From: Actinomycetota bacterium
Lineage (GTDB): Bacteria; Actinomycetota; UBA4738; HRBIN12
Assembly (NCBI GenBank): GCA_040880745.1
Contig: JBBDHX010000051.1
Location: 1-63,676, forward strand
Reading direction: 5' to 3'
Length of the DNA: 63,676 nucleotides
The notes beneath the pieces are model-generated. The model saw only the letters and a program-made list of their open reading frames with translations, searched no databases and was not told the DNA's origin. Positions 29,424 to 37,379 of the stretch are shown piece by piece. Both the position numbers and the translations under genes were made by a program. Position 1 is the stretch's first letter. Every line of letters begins with the position of its first letter.

Positions 29424-30593
29424 TCAGGCGGCGGACGTCACGGACCCGCTGCGGAGGCGCGTCGCCGCGGTGAGGAGGCCGAGCAGGATCGATGTGCCCA
29501 TCACCGGCGTGCCGATCCGCTTGATCACCGACTCCTCGGCGATGAGCCCCACCAGGAAGGTCGCGAGCCCCAGGTTCATGCCCCAGAACACCAGCCGGTC
29601 CGCCCATGCCCAGAGGTCGCGCTTGGCCATCGTGACGAACAACACCAGTCCGAGGATCGCGTTCGTCAGCAGACCCACGAACGTCGCGTGGTCAAGGGCG
29701 AGGAACAGCCCCTGCGGCGCCGCCTCGATGTCTTCGGAGTACCGCACGATGAGGTACGCGAGCAAGCCGAGCGCGGGGATCGCGAACAGCAGCGACATCG
29801 CTGCGTGCAGCCGCTCGGACGCGACCGGCCATCCTGCGCCGGCGATCGCACCGCGGTGTCGCCAGAGCACGATCGCGACACCGACCACCTCACCCAGCAG
29901 GTTCAGACCCAGCAGCGGCAGGATGTCGAAGAGCACCCCGATCGCCAGGGCGATGCCGGCGCCGAAGAAGAGCCACGCCTGGATCGCGCCGGCCCGGGGC
30001 AACCCTTGGGTCCCGGGTCCACCCAGCAGTTGCTCGTTCACCGCCACCCCGGCCAGGATCAGGTAGCCGACGACCATCATGGCTGGGTGGGCACCGGCGA
30101 TGCCTTCGCCCAGGTCGATCGTGCCGGCCAACTGCAGCCCCAGCAGCACGCCGAGCACGCCACCGATCACCAGGTTCACGGAGGCGAGCAGTATCGACAG
30201 CCTCGGCACGGTGAGCATCTGGCCCGCGCGCTGCTGGAACACCCACACGGCGAACCACACGATCGCGAGGAGCATGAGCGTGCCCGCGACCGGCCGCAGC
30301 GGCTCGGAGTCGAGCCAGAACATCGCGACGTAGAAGACGACCGCAGCGACCGCTCCGTCGCGGAGCATGCGGGGCAGCGGCGCGCCGAAGATCCACGAGC
30401 CGGCCGCGAAGATCGAGAGCGTGATCCAGCCCAGCGTCCCCGAGTGCACGTGCGCGAGCAGCAGGCCGTGCTCCGGGTCGAGCAGGTCGGTCCCGTTCAG
30501 GATGCCGATGACGACGGTGAACACGAAGATCGCCATCGCGGCGCCCAACAGTGGTGTGATGCTCCGCGTCACGTCGGTGTCGTTCACGTCCAC
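29424..30593 (-). CDS. Polytopic membrane protein with three repeated His-containing helices (heme-copper oxidase/NnrS-like fold suspected)
   Basis: About 12 TM; AHVHSGTLGW, AHPAMMVVGY, DHATFVGL; SD GGAAGGAG. Confidence 0.75.
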   Translation of the reverse strand: MDVNDTDVTRSITPLLGAAMAIFVFTVVIGILNGTDLLDPEHGLLLAHVHSGTLGWITLSIFAAGSWIFGAPLPRMLRDGAVAAVVFYVAMFWLDSEPLRPVAGTLMLLAIVWFAVWVFQQRAGQMLTVPRLSILLASVNLVIGGVLGVLLGLQLAGTIDLGEGIAGAHPAMMVVGYLILAGVAVNEQLLGGPGTQGLPRAGAIQAWLFFGAGIALAIGVLFDILPLLGLNLLGEVVGVAIVLWRHRGAIAGAGWPVASERLHAAMSLLFAIPALGLLAYLIVRYSEDIEAAPQGLFLALDHATFVGLLTNAILGLVLFVTMAKRDLWAWADRLVFWGMNLGLATFLVGLIAEESVIKRIGTPVMGTSILLGLLTAATRLRSGSVTSAA

Positions 30594-30671
30594 TCCTTCC
30601 GCGTGTGTGGGCCTGCGGCCGAGCAGATCCTAGCCCTCGGACCACGCCGGGTCGAGAACGGTCCATCGGCC

Positions 30672-30701
30672 TTGACCGTCGGCGGGGAGCGTGACTACGG
30701 T
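30672..30701 (+). promoter_or_regulatory. Sigma70-type promoter TTGACC-N18-TACGGT (leaderless)
   Basis: -10 lies 6 nt before ATG 30708; no SD. Confidence 0.65.
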
Positions 30702-30707
30702 GAGCTG

Positions 30708-31832
30708 ATGCGACGAGCCACATCAGCCGCGCTGTCGCTGGTGCTCGCCGTGGCGGCGCTCGCCCCCGCCGCGACCGTGGCCGTCTCCGAGCGACTGCGG
30801 TGGAAGGTCTGCGGCGAGTGGCGGCAGGTCCCGGTCCCCGAGCCTCGCGTCTCCGGTGAGCTCCGCGACATCGCGGTCGTCTCCCCGACGGAGGCCTGGG
30901 CCGTGGGGGTGCTCGGCGCCGAGGGCATCCTGCAGCCGCTCGTGCTTCACTGGAACGGCATCCGTTGGGAGCGCGTGCGGTTCCCCGCGCTCCGCGGCGA
31001 CCCCGACTTCGCCATCCTGGAGTCGGTGGCCGTGACGGCCGCCGGCGAGGTCTGGGCGGTCGGCGCGTGGTCGTCCATGAACCGGACCGGGCACCCCCTC
31101 ACCGCCCGGTGGGACGGCGGACGGTGGCACGTCGTGCCGCTCCCCGATCCGGGGTTGCGCGGCTACCTGGACGGGCTCGCGGCGGTCCACGGCACCGACA
31201 CGCTGTGGGCCGTCGGTCAGATGATCAAGCCCCACGAAGGCGCGCTCGCGATGCGGTGGACCGGCGAGCGCTGGCGTCGGTTCCGCGTGCCGGACGTGGT
31301 TCCGGGAGCCACCCAGATCCTCTTCGACGTCGTCGCGTTCGCCCGCACGACCTGGGCCGTCGGCAGGAACTACGGCCCCGGCGACCGCTGGCGCATGGTG
31401 GCCGCCCGCTGGCACGACGGGCGGTGGCGGACCTCCCTGGGGCCTGCGGTCTCGCCCTTCGCAGTGGCCGGGACCCAGCCCAACCGCCTGTGGGCGGTCG
31501 GCGGCGTCGACTCGGACCGGCCGGGCTACCAGCGGCCCGCGATCGTCCGGTGGAACGGCGAGCGCTGGAGCCGCGCGTATACGGGCGGGCGCCTCGGCTT
31601 CCTCCGCGACGTGGTCACGCCCGCTCCCGGCGTGGCCTGGGCTGTGGGAGAACGCGTGGACGGGCCACTCATGCTCCGCCTCGGCGAGCAGGGGTGGGCG
31701 CCCGTCCGGATCCCCGACGTGCGCGGCTGGTTCGGGGCGATCGACGGCACGCCGAACAACCTCTGGGTCACCCATGCGCGGCTGTGGCGGGGGAGCGAGC
31801 CGACGGTCTACGACACCTACCATCGCTGCTGA
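30708..31832 (+). CDS. Secreted beta-propeller-like repeat protein
   Basis: Signal peptide; repeated WAVG...HWNG/RWDG units. Confidence 0.82.
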   Translation: MRRATSAALSLVLAVAALAPAATVAVSERLRWKVCGEWRQVPVPEPRVSGELRDIAVVSPTEAWAVGVLGAEGILQPLVLHWNGIRWERVRFPALRGDPDFAILESVAVTAAGEVWAVGAWSSMNRTGHPLTARWDGGRWHVVPLPDPGLRGYLDGLAAVHGTDTLWAVGQMIKPHEGALAMRWTGERWRRFRVPDVVPGATQILFDVVAFARTTWAVGRNYGPGDRWRMVAARWHDGRWRTSLGPAVSPFAVAGTQPNRLWAVGGVDSDRPGYQRPAIVRWNGERWSRAYTGGRLGFLRDVVTPAPGVAWAVGERVDGPLMLRLGEQGWAPVRIPDVRGWFGAIDGTPNNLWVTHARLWRGSEPTVYDTYHRC

Positions 31833-31876
31833 TCCGCCCCCCGGGGTCCCTCCAAAGAGGGGCTGAGCGGGTTGCG

Positions 31877-32983
31877 CTAGCTCGCGACCGCCGCTGTACC
31901 GGTCTCGAGCCGGGCGTCCGACCGCCGCAGCAGCATCTTCACCACGTAGGCGGCATCGCGTCCTACGCCCGGCAGCACGTCGGAGGTCGCGGCGTACTGG
32001 AACGGCAGCCCCACGAAGTAGAGCCCGGGTTCGCTCGTGACGACGCCACGTTCGTGCGTGGGCGTGCCGTCCTCGCCGAAGATCGGCAGGTCGATCCACG
32101 ACAGGTCGTGGCGGAAGCCGGTGCACCAGATCACGTTCGTCACGTCGGCGAGGACCTGGCCGTCGTCCAGGACCGGGGCGCCGTCGCGTGACCCGACCGT
32201 CCGACCCACCCGCTGCACCCCGGCAGCCAGCAACTGCTTCGGCTTCACACGGACGAGCGGGTCGCCCTTCGCGTGGAACGCGGCGCGCGCCTTGCGCCCG
32301 AGCGGTGTGCGAAGCGTCAGGACATGCGAGCCGATGAAGCGCACGATCGGGAAGGCCACGCTCCGGGCGAACGCGGTGTCGATGTCGAACGGGACGTGGC
32401 CGTGTTCGGGACCGGAGAGCCACGTCGCATGCGTGCCGACCGCCTCCAGCGAGATGTCGGCGCCCGAGTTGCCGGCGCCTACGACGAGCACGTCGCCCTC
32501 GCGGAGCTGGGCGAGGTTGCGGTACTCGGTGGAGTGCAGCTGCGCGATCGCCGGATCGAGGTCGTGCGCGATCGAGGGGACCCGGGCTTCCCGGTGCGCG
32601 CCCGACGCGACGATCACATTCGCCGCTTCGAAGCGATGATCGCCGGCCGTGACCACGTAGGCATCCCCATCGCCGTGGACCGAGTCGACGTGGATCCCCA
32701 TCCGCACGGGGAGCCGGAGCGTGGCCGCGTAGGTCTCGAGGTAGTCCGCCATCTCGTCGCGGGCCGGCATCGAGGACCCGGAGTAGCGCAGGCCGGGGAG
32801 CGACACGTAGCGGGCAGGGGTGAACAGGCGGAGTGAGTCATAGCGCGCCCGCCACGAGTCGCCGACGCGCTCACCGGCGTCCACGATCACGAACGACCGT
32901 TGGGCCTGTAGCAGGTGGTAACCGGCCGAGAGCCCGGCCTGCCCCGCACCGATCACGACCGTGTCGAACCGCTCCGTCCGCAT
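31877..32983 (-). CDS. Flavin-containing monooxygenase (CzcO/ArsO-like)
   Basis: VIGAGQAG, WRARYDSLRLFTP, QLHSTEY, VVGAGNSG, VIWCTGF. Confidence 0.9.
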   Translation of the reverse strand: MRTERFDTVVIGAGQAGLSAGYHLLQAQRSFVIVDAGERVGDSWRARYDSLRLFTPARYVSLPGLRYSGSSMPARDEMADYLETYAATLRLPVRMGIHVDSVHGDGDAYVVTAGDHRFEAANVIVASGAHREARVPSIAHDLDPAIAQLHSTEYRNLAQLREGDVLVVGAGNSGADISLEAVGTHATWLSGPEHGHVPFDIDTAFARSVAFPIVRFIGSHVLTLRTPLGRKARAAFHAKGDPLVRVKPKQLLAAGVQRVGRTVGSRDGAPVLDDGQVLADVTNVIWCTGFRHDLSWIDLPIFGEDGTPTHERGVVTSEPGLYFVGLPFQYAATSDVLPGVGRDAAYVVKMLLRRSDARLETGTAAVAS

Positions 32984-33076
32984 CCTCGCTACCTCCCGCT
33001 CGTCGTGGGAGGACCGTAGGCCGAGCGGCGCGGCCGGCGCATCGAGCGAACCCACCAAACCAACCGGGCTGTGGCA

Positions 33077-33092
33077 TGGTGCGAACGCACCA
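33077..33092. promoter_or_regulatory. Inverted repeat TGGTGCG-AA-CGCACCA, putative LuxR-family operator
   Basis: Perfect 7-bp arms between the LuxR stop and the monooxygenase start. Confidence 0.55.
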
Positions 33093-33095
33093 CGC

Positions 33096-34724
33096 TCAGG
33101 AGAGGCCGTTGGCGAACGCGAACGCGGTGGCGGCCGACCGTGAGGAGACGCCGATCTTCGCGTAGATGTTCTGTAGGTGCCGGCCCACCGTGTGCTCGCT
33201 GATCACGAGTTCCACCGCGATGTCGCGGTTCGTCCTCCCGCCCGCGAGCAGACGGAGCACCTCGGCCTCGCGCGGTGTGAGCCCGCCGGGGACCGGTGCC
33301 GGCGTGCCAAGGAGCAGCGCTACCGCCGCGGCGTCGGGTACGGCGCCGAGGTGCTCGAACGCTGCGAGGGCCCCGCGCAGCTCGAGCGCGGCGCCGTCGG
33401 GGGCGCCGCCGGCGCGGATCGCCAACCCGTAGGAGACCCGGGTCCTCGCCGCCTCGTAGGGGAGCTTCAGCTGCTGCCACACGGCGCAGGCGGCACGCAG
33501 TCGCTCGAGGGCTGCGGACACGTCCCCGCCGGCCAGGTGCCGAGCGCCCGCCGCCGTCCCCGCGATCGCGTCGAACGACGCCGTCCCGGTCTCCCGGGCC
33601 GTGGTCTCGAGTTCCTCGACCGCCGCCTGCGCCTCATCCAGCGCTCCCGCGGCGATCGCGACCTCCACCTGAGCCGCCAGCAGTCGCGCGCGCCTCGGAC
33701 GTTGACCCTCGCCGGCCAGCGCCAGCCGCAGAGCCGTCCGGGCGGCCTCGGTCCGGCCTTGGGCCAGGCGGAGCAGCGCGAGGCCGGGCTGAGGATCGAC
33801 GCCGAGTTCGCGGGCACGGGCGAAGGCGGCCTCGGCCCCATCGACGTCACCCATCCGGCGGCGGACCTCGCCGACCTGGACGAACGCGGAGGCCGCGAGC
33901 CCCGGGTCGGTGTCGGCCAACTCCTCTGACGCCAGGACCGCCTCGGCCTCTGCCTCAGGCCACGCGCCACGGAGCCGGGCCACCTCGGCGCGGTTCACCC
34001 GGCACATGCCCGGATAGGGCGATCCGGGTTGGAGGGCGTCGCACCACGAACGCGCGGCGTCGCTCCACTCGCCGGCGCGCCGCAGGTCGTTCACCTCCAG
34101 GCATGCCTGGATCAGGTTGCAGTAGATCACGCCGGTGAAGTACGGGCTCAGGTCTCCTGCCAGGACCGCGGTCATCGCCTCGTCCATCAACGCCAGACCT
34201 GCGGCGACCTCGCCCCCGTCGATCAGGACGAGCCCTTCGGTGTGGATCGCCATCGCGACCAGGTCGCGGTCGCCGAAGGTCTCGCCGATCCTCGTGGCCT
34301 CCTGCGCCGCCGACCGCGCCTGTTCGAGCGCACCGGAGAACCGTGCCGCGTTCGCCTGGATGAGGACGAGGAAGCCTTGCTCCGGACACGGCGGCTGATC
34401 CTGCAGGTGCCGCTGGGCCCGCATCAAGAACCCGCCGCCCACCGAGGGCTCGCCGCGGATGAAGTGCTCGATCGCCAAGCGAGCCGCGACCGCGCCGGCT
34501 GCGATCTCGTCGCCCGCGGCCGCGTGGGCCGCGTACGCCTTCTGCCGCGCATCGAGCGAGTCCTCGAACCGCGATATCCACCAGGCGGCGTCGGCGAGCC
34601 CTTCCAGGTCACTCGGGGTCAGCAGCGCACGGTCGGCGGTGCTGAATGCATCGTAGGCATCGGCCCACGCGCCGGCCGAGAGGGCGTCCCGCGCCCGGTC
34701 GACCCCGGTGTTCGGTTGCGCCAC
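33096..34724 (-). CDS. LuxR-family regulator with TPR-like N-terminal region
   Basis: C-terminal LTPREAEVLRLLAGGRTNRDIAVELVISEHTVGRHLQNIYAKIG. Confidence 0.92.
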   Translation of the reverse strand: MAQPNTGVDRARDALSAGAWADAYDAFSTADRALLTPSDLEGLADAAWWISRFEDSLDARQKAYAAHAAAGDEIAAGAVAARLAIEHFIRGEPSVGGGFLMRAQRHLQDQPPCPEQGFLVLIQANAARFSGALEQARSAAQEATRIGETFGDRDLVAMAIHTEGLVLIDGGEVAAGLALMDEAMTAVLAGDLSPYFTGVIYCNLIQACLEVNDLRRAGEWSDAARSWCDALQPGSPYPGMCRVNRAEVARLRGAWPEAEAEAVLASEELADTDPGLAASAFVQVGEVRRRMGDVDGAEAAFARARELGVDPQPGLALLRLAQGRTEAARTALRLALAGEGQRPRRARLLAAQVEVAIAAGALDEAQAAVEELETTARETGTASFDAIAGTAAGARHLAGGDVSAALERLRAACAVWQQLKLPYEAARTRVSYGLAIRAGGAPDGAALELRGALAAFEHLGAVPDAAAVALLLGTPAPVPGGLTPREAEVLRLLAGGRTNRDIAVELVISEHTVGRHLQNIYAKIGVSSRSAATAFAFANGLS

Positions 34725-34788
34725 GATCCCTCTCCTCCGAACGTCGTGGACTCAGCCTAGTCAGAGGAGGGTGTGGCTCGAGCGATGG

Positions 34789-34878
34789 TCAGCGGGCGAT
34801 CCCACCAGTGCTCACGACGGGCCCGGAGGCTCCGAGCTCGGCGAGCACGCCTCGGAGGTCATCGATGACGCCGGTGGG
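34789..34878 (-). pseudogene. Possible 3-prime gene remnant (HAD-hydrolase-like tail)
   Basis: PTGVIDDLRGVLAELGASGPVVSTGGIAR*; no start. Confidence 0.3.
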
Positions 34879-34909
34879 AGACCGTGGCAGGGGCGGTACC
34901 GTCGGGAGC

Positions 34910-35302
34910 ATGGGACTGATCCGGACGCTCGCGCGGTGGGGGCTGGCCGGCCTGATGCTCGTCGCCGGGGTCGCGCACCAGGTCTACACCGAGGAGTTCC
35001 TTGCGCAGGTGCCGAGCTGGCTCCCGTTGCGCACCCCCATCGTGATCGTGAGCGGTGTCGTCGAGATCGGGTTCGCCGTGGCGCTGCTCACCTGGCGCCG
35101 TCGCCGTCGCGAGGTCGGCTGGGCGCTCACGGTCTACCTCGCCGTGGTGTTCGTCGGGAACCTGTCCCAGGCGCTCGAGGGCACGAGCCTGTTCGCGCTC
35201 GACACCGATGTCGAGCGATGGGGGAGGCTCGCGCTGCAGCCGGTGCTCATCGCGGTGGCTCTTTGGAGCACGGGCGCGTGGATAAGATCCGCGGATCGAT
35301 GA
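34910..35302 (+). CDS. DoxX-like membrane protein
   Basis: AGVAH, VPSWLP, SGVVEI, VFVGN, RLALQP. Confidence 0.85.
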   Translation: MGLIRTLARWGLAGLMLVAGVAHQVYTEEFLAQVPSWLPLRTPIVIVSGVVEIGFAVALLTWRRRRREVGWALTVYLAVVFVGNLSQALEGTSLFALDTDVERWGRLALQPVLIAVALWSTGAWIRSADR

Positions 35303-35317
35303 CGCTGGCCTGCGTTG

Positions 35318-35346
35318 TTGCCTTCCCCCGAGGTCTGGCTCAGCAT
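35318..35346 (+). promoter_or_regulatory. Sigma70-type promoter TTGCCT-N17-CAGCAT
   Basis: Correct spacing, directly upstream of the structured element. Confidence 0.55.
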
Positions 35347-35377
35347 GTGCGGCACGAGAGGAAGGAGGTGGTCCAGC

Positions 35378-35419
35378 TTGTATGAACAGCTCGAGACCCT
35401 CGAGGTGACTGGCTGCTGA
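35378..35419 (+). CDS. 13-codon sORF MYEQLETLEVTGC
   Basis: Extended SD AAGGAGGTG (35362-35370) 7 nt before TTG; alternative ATG 35382 gives MNSSRPSR. Confidence 0.45.
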   Translation: MYEQLETLEVTGC

Positions 35420-35564
35420 GCCATCCCTCGCGGCCGGGGCGACCACCCCGCCCGCACGCCGGGTGACCGGCAGAATCCAACCAGCTCACCGACCTCACGG
35501 GTTCCGGCTGGTCGACCGGACGAAGCCTCGCAAGAGGCCGAAGTCCTCGTGAGGGGACAGCAAC

Positions 35565-35610
35565 CGAACGGGCCGGGCCTGCACGCGGGGCCCGGCCCGT
35601 TCGTCGTCTC
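35565..35610 (+). terminator. Intrinsic terminator-like hairpin
   Basis: Perfect 15-bp stem CGAACGGGCCGGGCC/GGCCCGGCCCGTTCG with T-containing tail. Confidence 0.75.
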
Positions 35611-35716
35611 GGTCCCATCCGTGGGGGGACCTCCGACCCTTGTCGCGAGCCTCGCCGATGAAGAGCGTCAGGACGTGGAGCGGCCCGAGGGGGCTGCCCA
35701 TATGGGGGAGGACGAG

Positions 35717-36244
35717 ATGAAGATCATCGTCGTGTACGAGTCCATGTTCGGCAACACCCAGACCATCGCCGAAGGAGTGGCCGAGGGGCTGCGCGACGCG
35801 GGCGAACTCGGCTTCGGATCGGTCGATGCGATCGCGCCCGAGGAGGCCGGCGACGTCGACCTGATCGTCGCCGGGGGACCGACGCACGCCCACGGCATGG
35901 CCAGGGCCGGCGCACACGAAGCTCTGGCGAGCGATAAGTCTTCCGAGAAGTACGGGGAGATCCTGCCGGGCCGCGAGAGCCTCCGCGGATGGCTCGACCG
36001 CCTGCCGCAGGGGCACGCCACGGTCGCTGCGTTCGACACGCGGTTCGACAAGCCGATGTGGATCACCGGATCGGCCGCGAAGAAGATCGCGAGCCGGCTC
36101 GAGCGCAAGGGCTACGTGGTCATGGCAGCGGAGAGCTTCCTGGTGGGATCGACGAACGGGCCGCTCTTGGAAGGGGAGCGCGAACGGGCGGTCGTGTGGG
36201 GCCGCGAGTTGGCCGCGAAGGCACGGTCGGCCATCACCGCGTAG
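35717..36244 (+). CDS. Flavodoxin-like protein
   Basis: VVYESMFGNT, GGPTHAHGM, AAFDTR, GSAA; SD GGAGG. Confidence 0.88.
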   Translation: MKIIVVYESMFGNTQTIAEGVAEGLRDAGELGFGSVDAIAPEEAGDVDLIVAGGPTHAHGMARAGAHEALASDKSSEKYGEILPGRESLRGWLDRLPQGHATVAAFDTRFDKPMWITGSAAKKIASRLERKGYVVMAAESFLVGSTNGPLLEGERERAVVWGRELAAKARSAITA

Positions 36245-36287
36245 GGATCGGGATGCTACGCGACCTCGTGGGGGTGATACAGGAAGG

Positions 36288-36893
36288 CTAGCTCAGGCCG
36301 CGGGAGTCCTGCTTCAACGCCAGGTCGACGCCGGCTGCCGAAGCGAGCATGACGCCCCGGAGCGAGGATGAGACCGGTGCCGAGACCTCGAGCACGTAGT
36401 TGTCGGCCGTCGTGAAGATGGTCTTGGCCAGGCCCTCCCAGGTCTTGGTGATCCGCCCGACCTCGTTCCCCGCCGGGTCCTGGATCGAGAAGTTCCACGC
36501 GCGCCAGTTCTCGGCTCGGATCGCGCCGATGGTCTGCCCGGAGGCGTCTTGCAGACCGAAATGGATCTTCCCGATCATGTTCTCCTGCACGATCTTGCCG
36601 ATGTCGTTGCCCGCACCGTCCTTCACCAGCACCGTCGATTTGAAGACCTTGCGGGGCCGTGTCAGCTCCACGACCTTCGTGCCCGAAGCGTCGTACACGG
36701 CGAGGGAATGGCTCATGAACTGATCGAGTGAGCTCACGAACCGCGCAGCCTTCTTGAGCTTGGACTGCCCCTCCTGGCGAACGCGTCCGATCTCGTTGCC
36801 CTCCTCATCGCGGATGGCGAAGTCGATCGTCAGCTCCATGAGCTTCGCCTTCTGGTTGAACACCAGACGGTCCCGGGTCAGCAGGTCCGACAT
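36288..36893 (-). CDS. Scramblase/LURP-one-like protein
   Basis: NQKAKL, IGRVRQEGQS, AENWRAWNF, ITKTWEG, TTADNY; SD AAGGAG. Confidence 0.85.
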   Translation of the reverse strand: MSDLLTRDRLVFNQKAKLMELTIDFAIRDEEGNEIGRVRQEGQSKLKKAARFVSSLDQFMSHSLAVYDASGTKVVELTRPRKVFKSTVLVKDGAGNDIGKIVQENMIGKIHFGLQDASGQTIGAIRAENWRAWNFSIQDPAGNEVGRITKTWEGLAKTIFTTADNYVLEVSAPVSSSLRGVMLASAAGVDLALKQDSRGLS

Positions 36894-37379
36894 CGCTCGC
36901 TCCTTCTCGACGGCATCGCACGATCCACACATCGTAGATGCATGCCGTCGGTCGACGTGGATCCCAGAGGTATGGGAACGACGCTCAGCGCACGGGCGGC
37001 GGCGCTTGGATGGGCTCCAGGTCGGGTGGCATCTCGTCCACGCTCATCAAGAGGGGCTCAAGCATGGCGGCTGCCTCCCGCCTAGCGCGCGTGTCGCCCA
37101 TCGATCGATCCATCGACCCAGGCTCCGGACGGGATACGACCCCCCCGGGACCGGCCGCGGAAGCTTGACTTCGAACCGCTCGAGCTCGTCGGCACCCGCG
37201 TCGCGAACCATGGCTGCTCCCACTCACGCGCTCACTTTGAGGCTCGCGTACACGAAGTATCCGCCCAGCGGCCCCAGCCCAGCAAGCGAAGAGAACTGAC
37301 GGTAGTGCCTCAATTCGAGGTGTTGCGTGATCGTTCGGTGGCGGCTCGTGCATCGGCTCCGGCGCTCCAAGCCGGAGCG

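Larger units (their letters stand above)
35353..35610 (+). ncRNA. Candidate structured RNA / sORF-containing transcript, family unassigned
   Basis: GNRA hairpins GCCGG-GTGA-CCGGC and GCCTC-GCAA-GAGGC; three-way junction closed by CCTCACG/CGTGAGG; own promoter and terminator. Confidence 0.6.

Noticed and set aside
35510-35565. Hammerhead-like layout (CGGACGA-stem-GAAG-stem GTCCTC/GGGGAC)
   Set aside because: Departs from the CUGANGA and GAAA/UH core, stem I is weak, and an alternative junction explains the pairing; an in vitro cleavage assay would settle it
36940-37379. 122-aa ORF 36985..37353 and a minus-strand frame with an internal TGA
   Set aside because: No recognisable motif, SD or SECIS; probably decayed sequence at the island border
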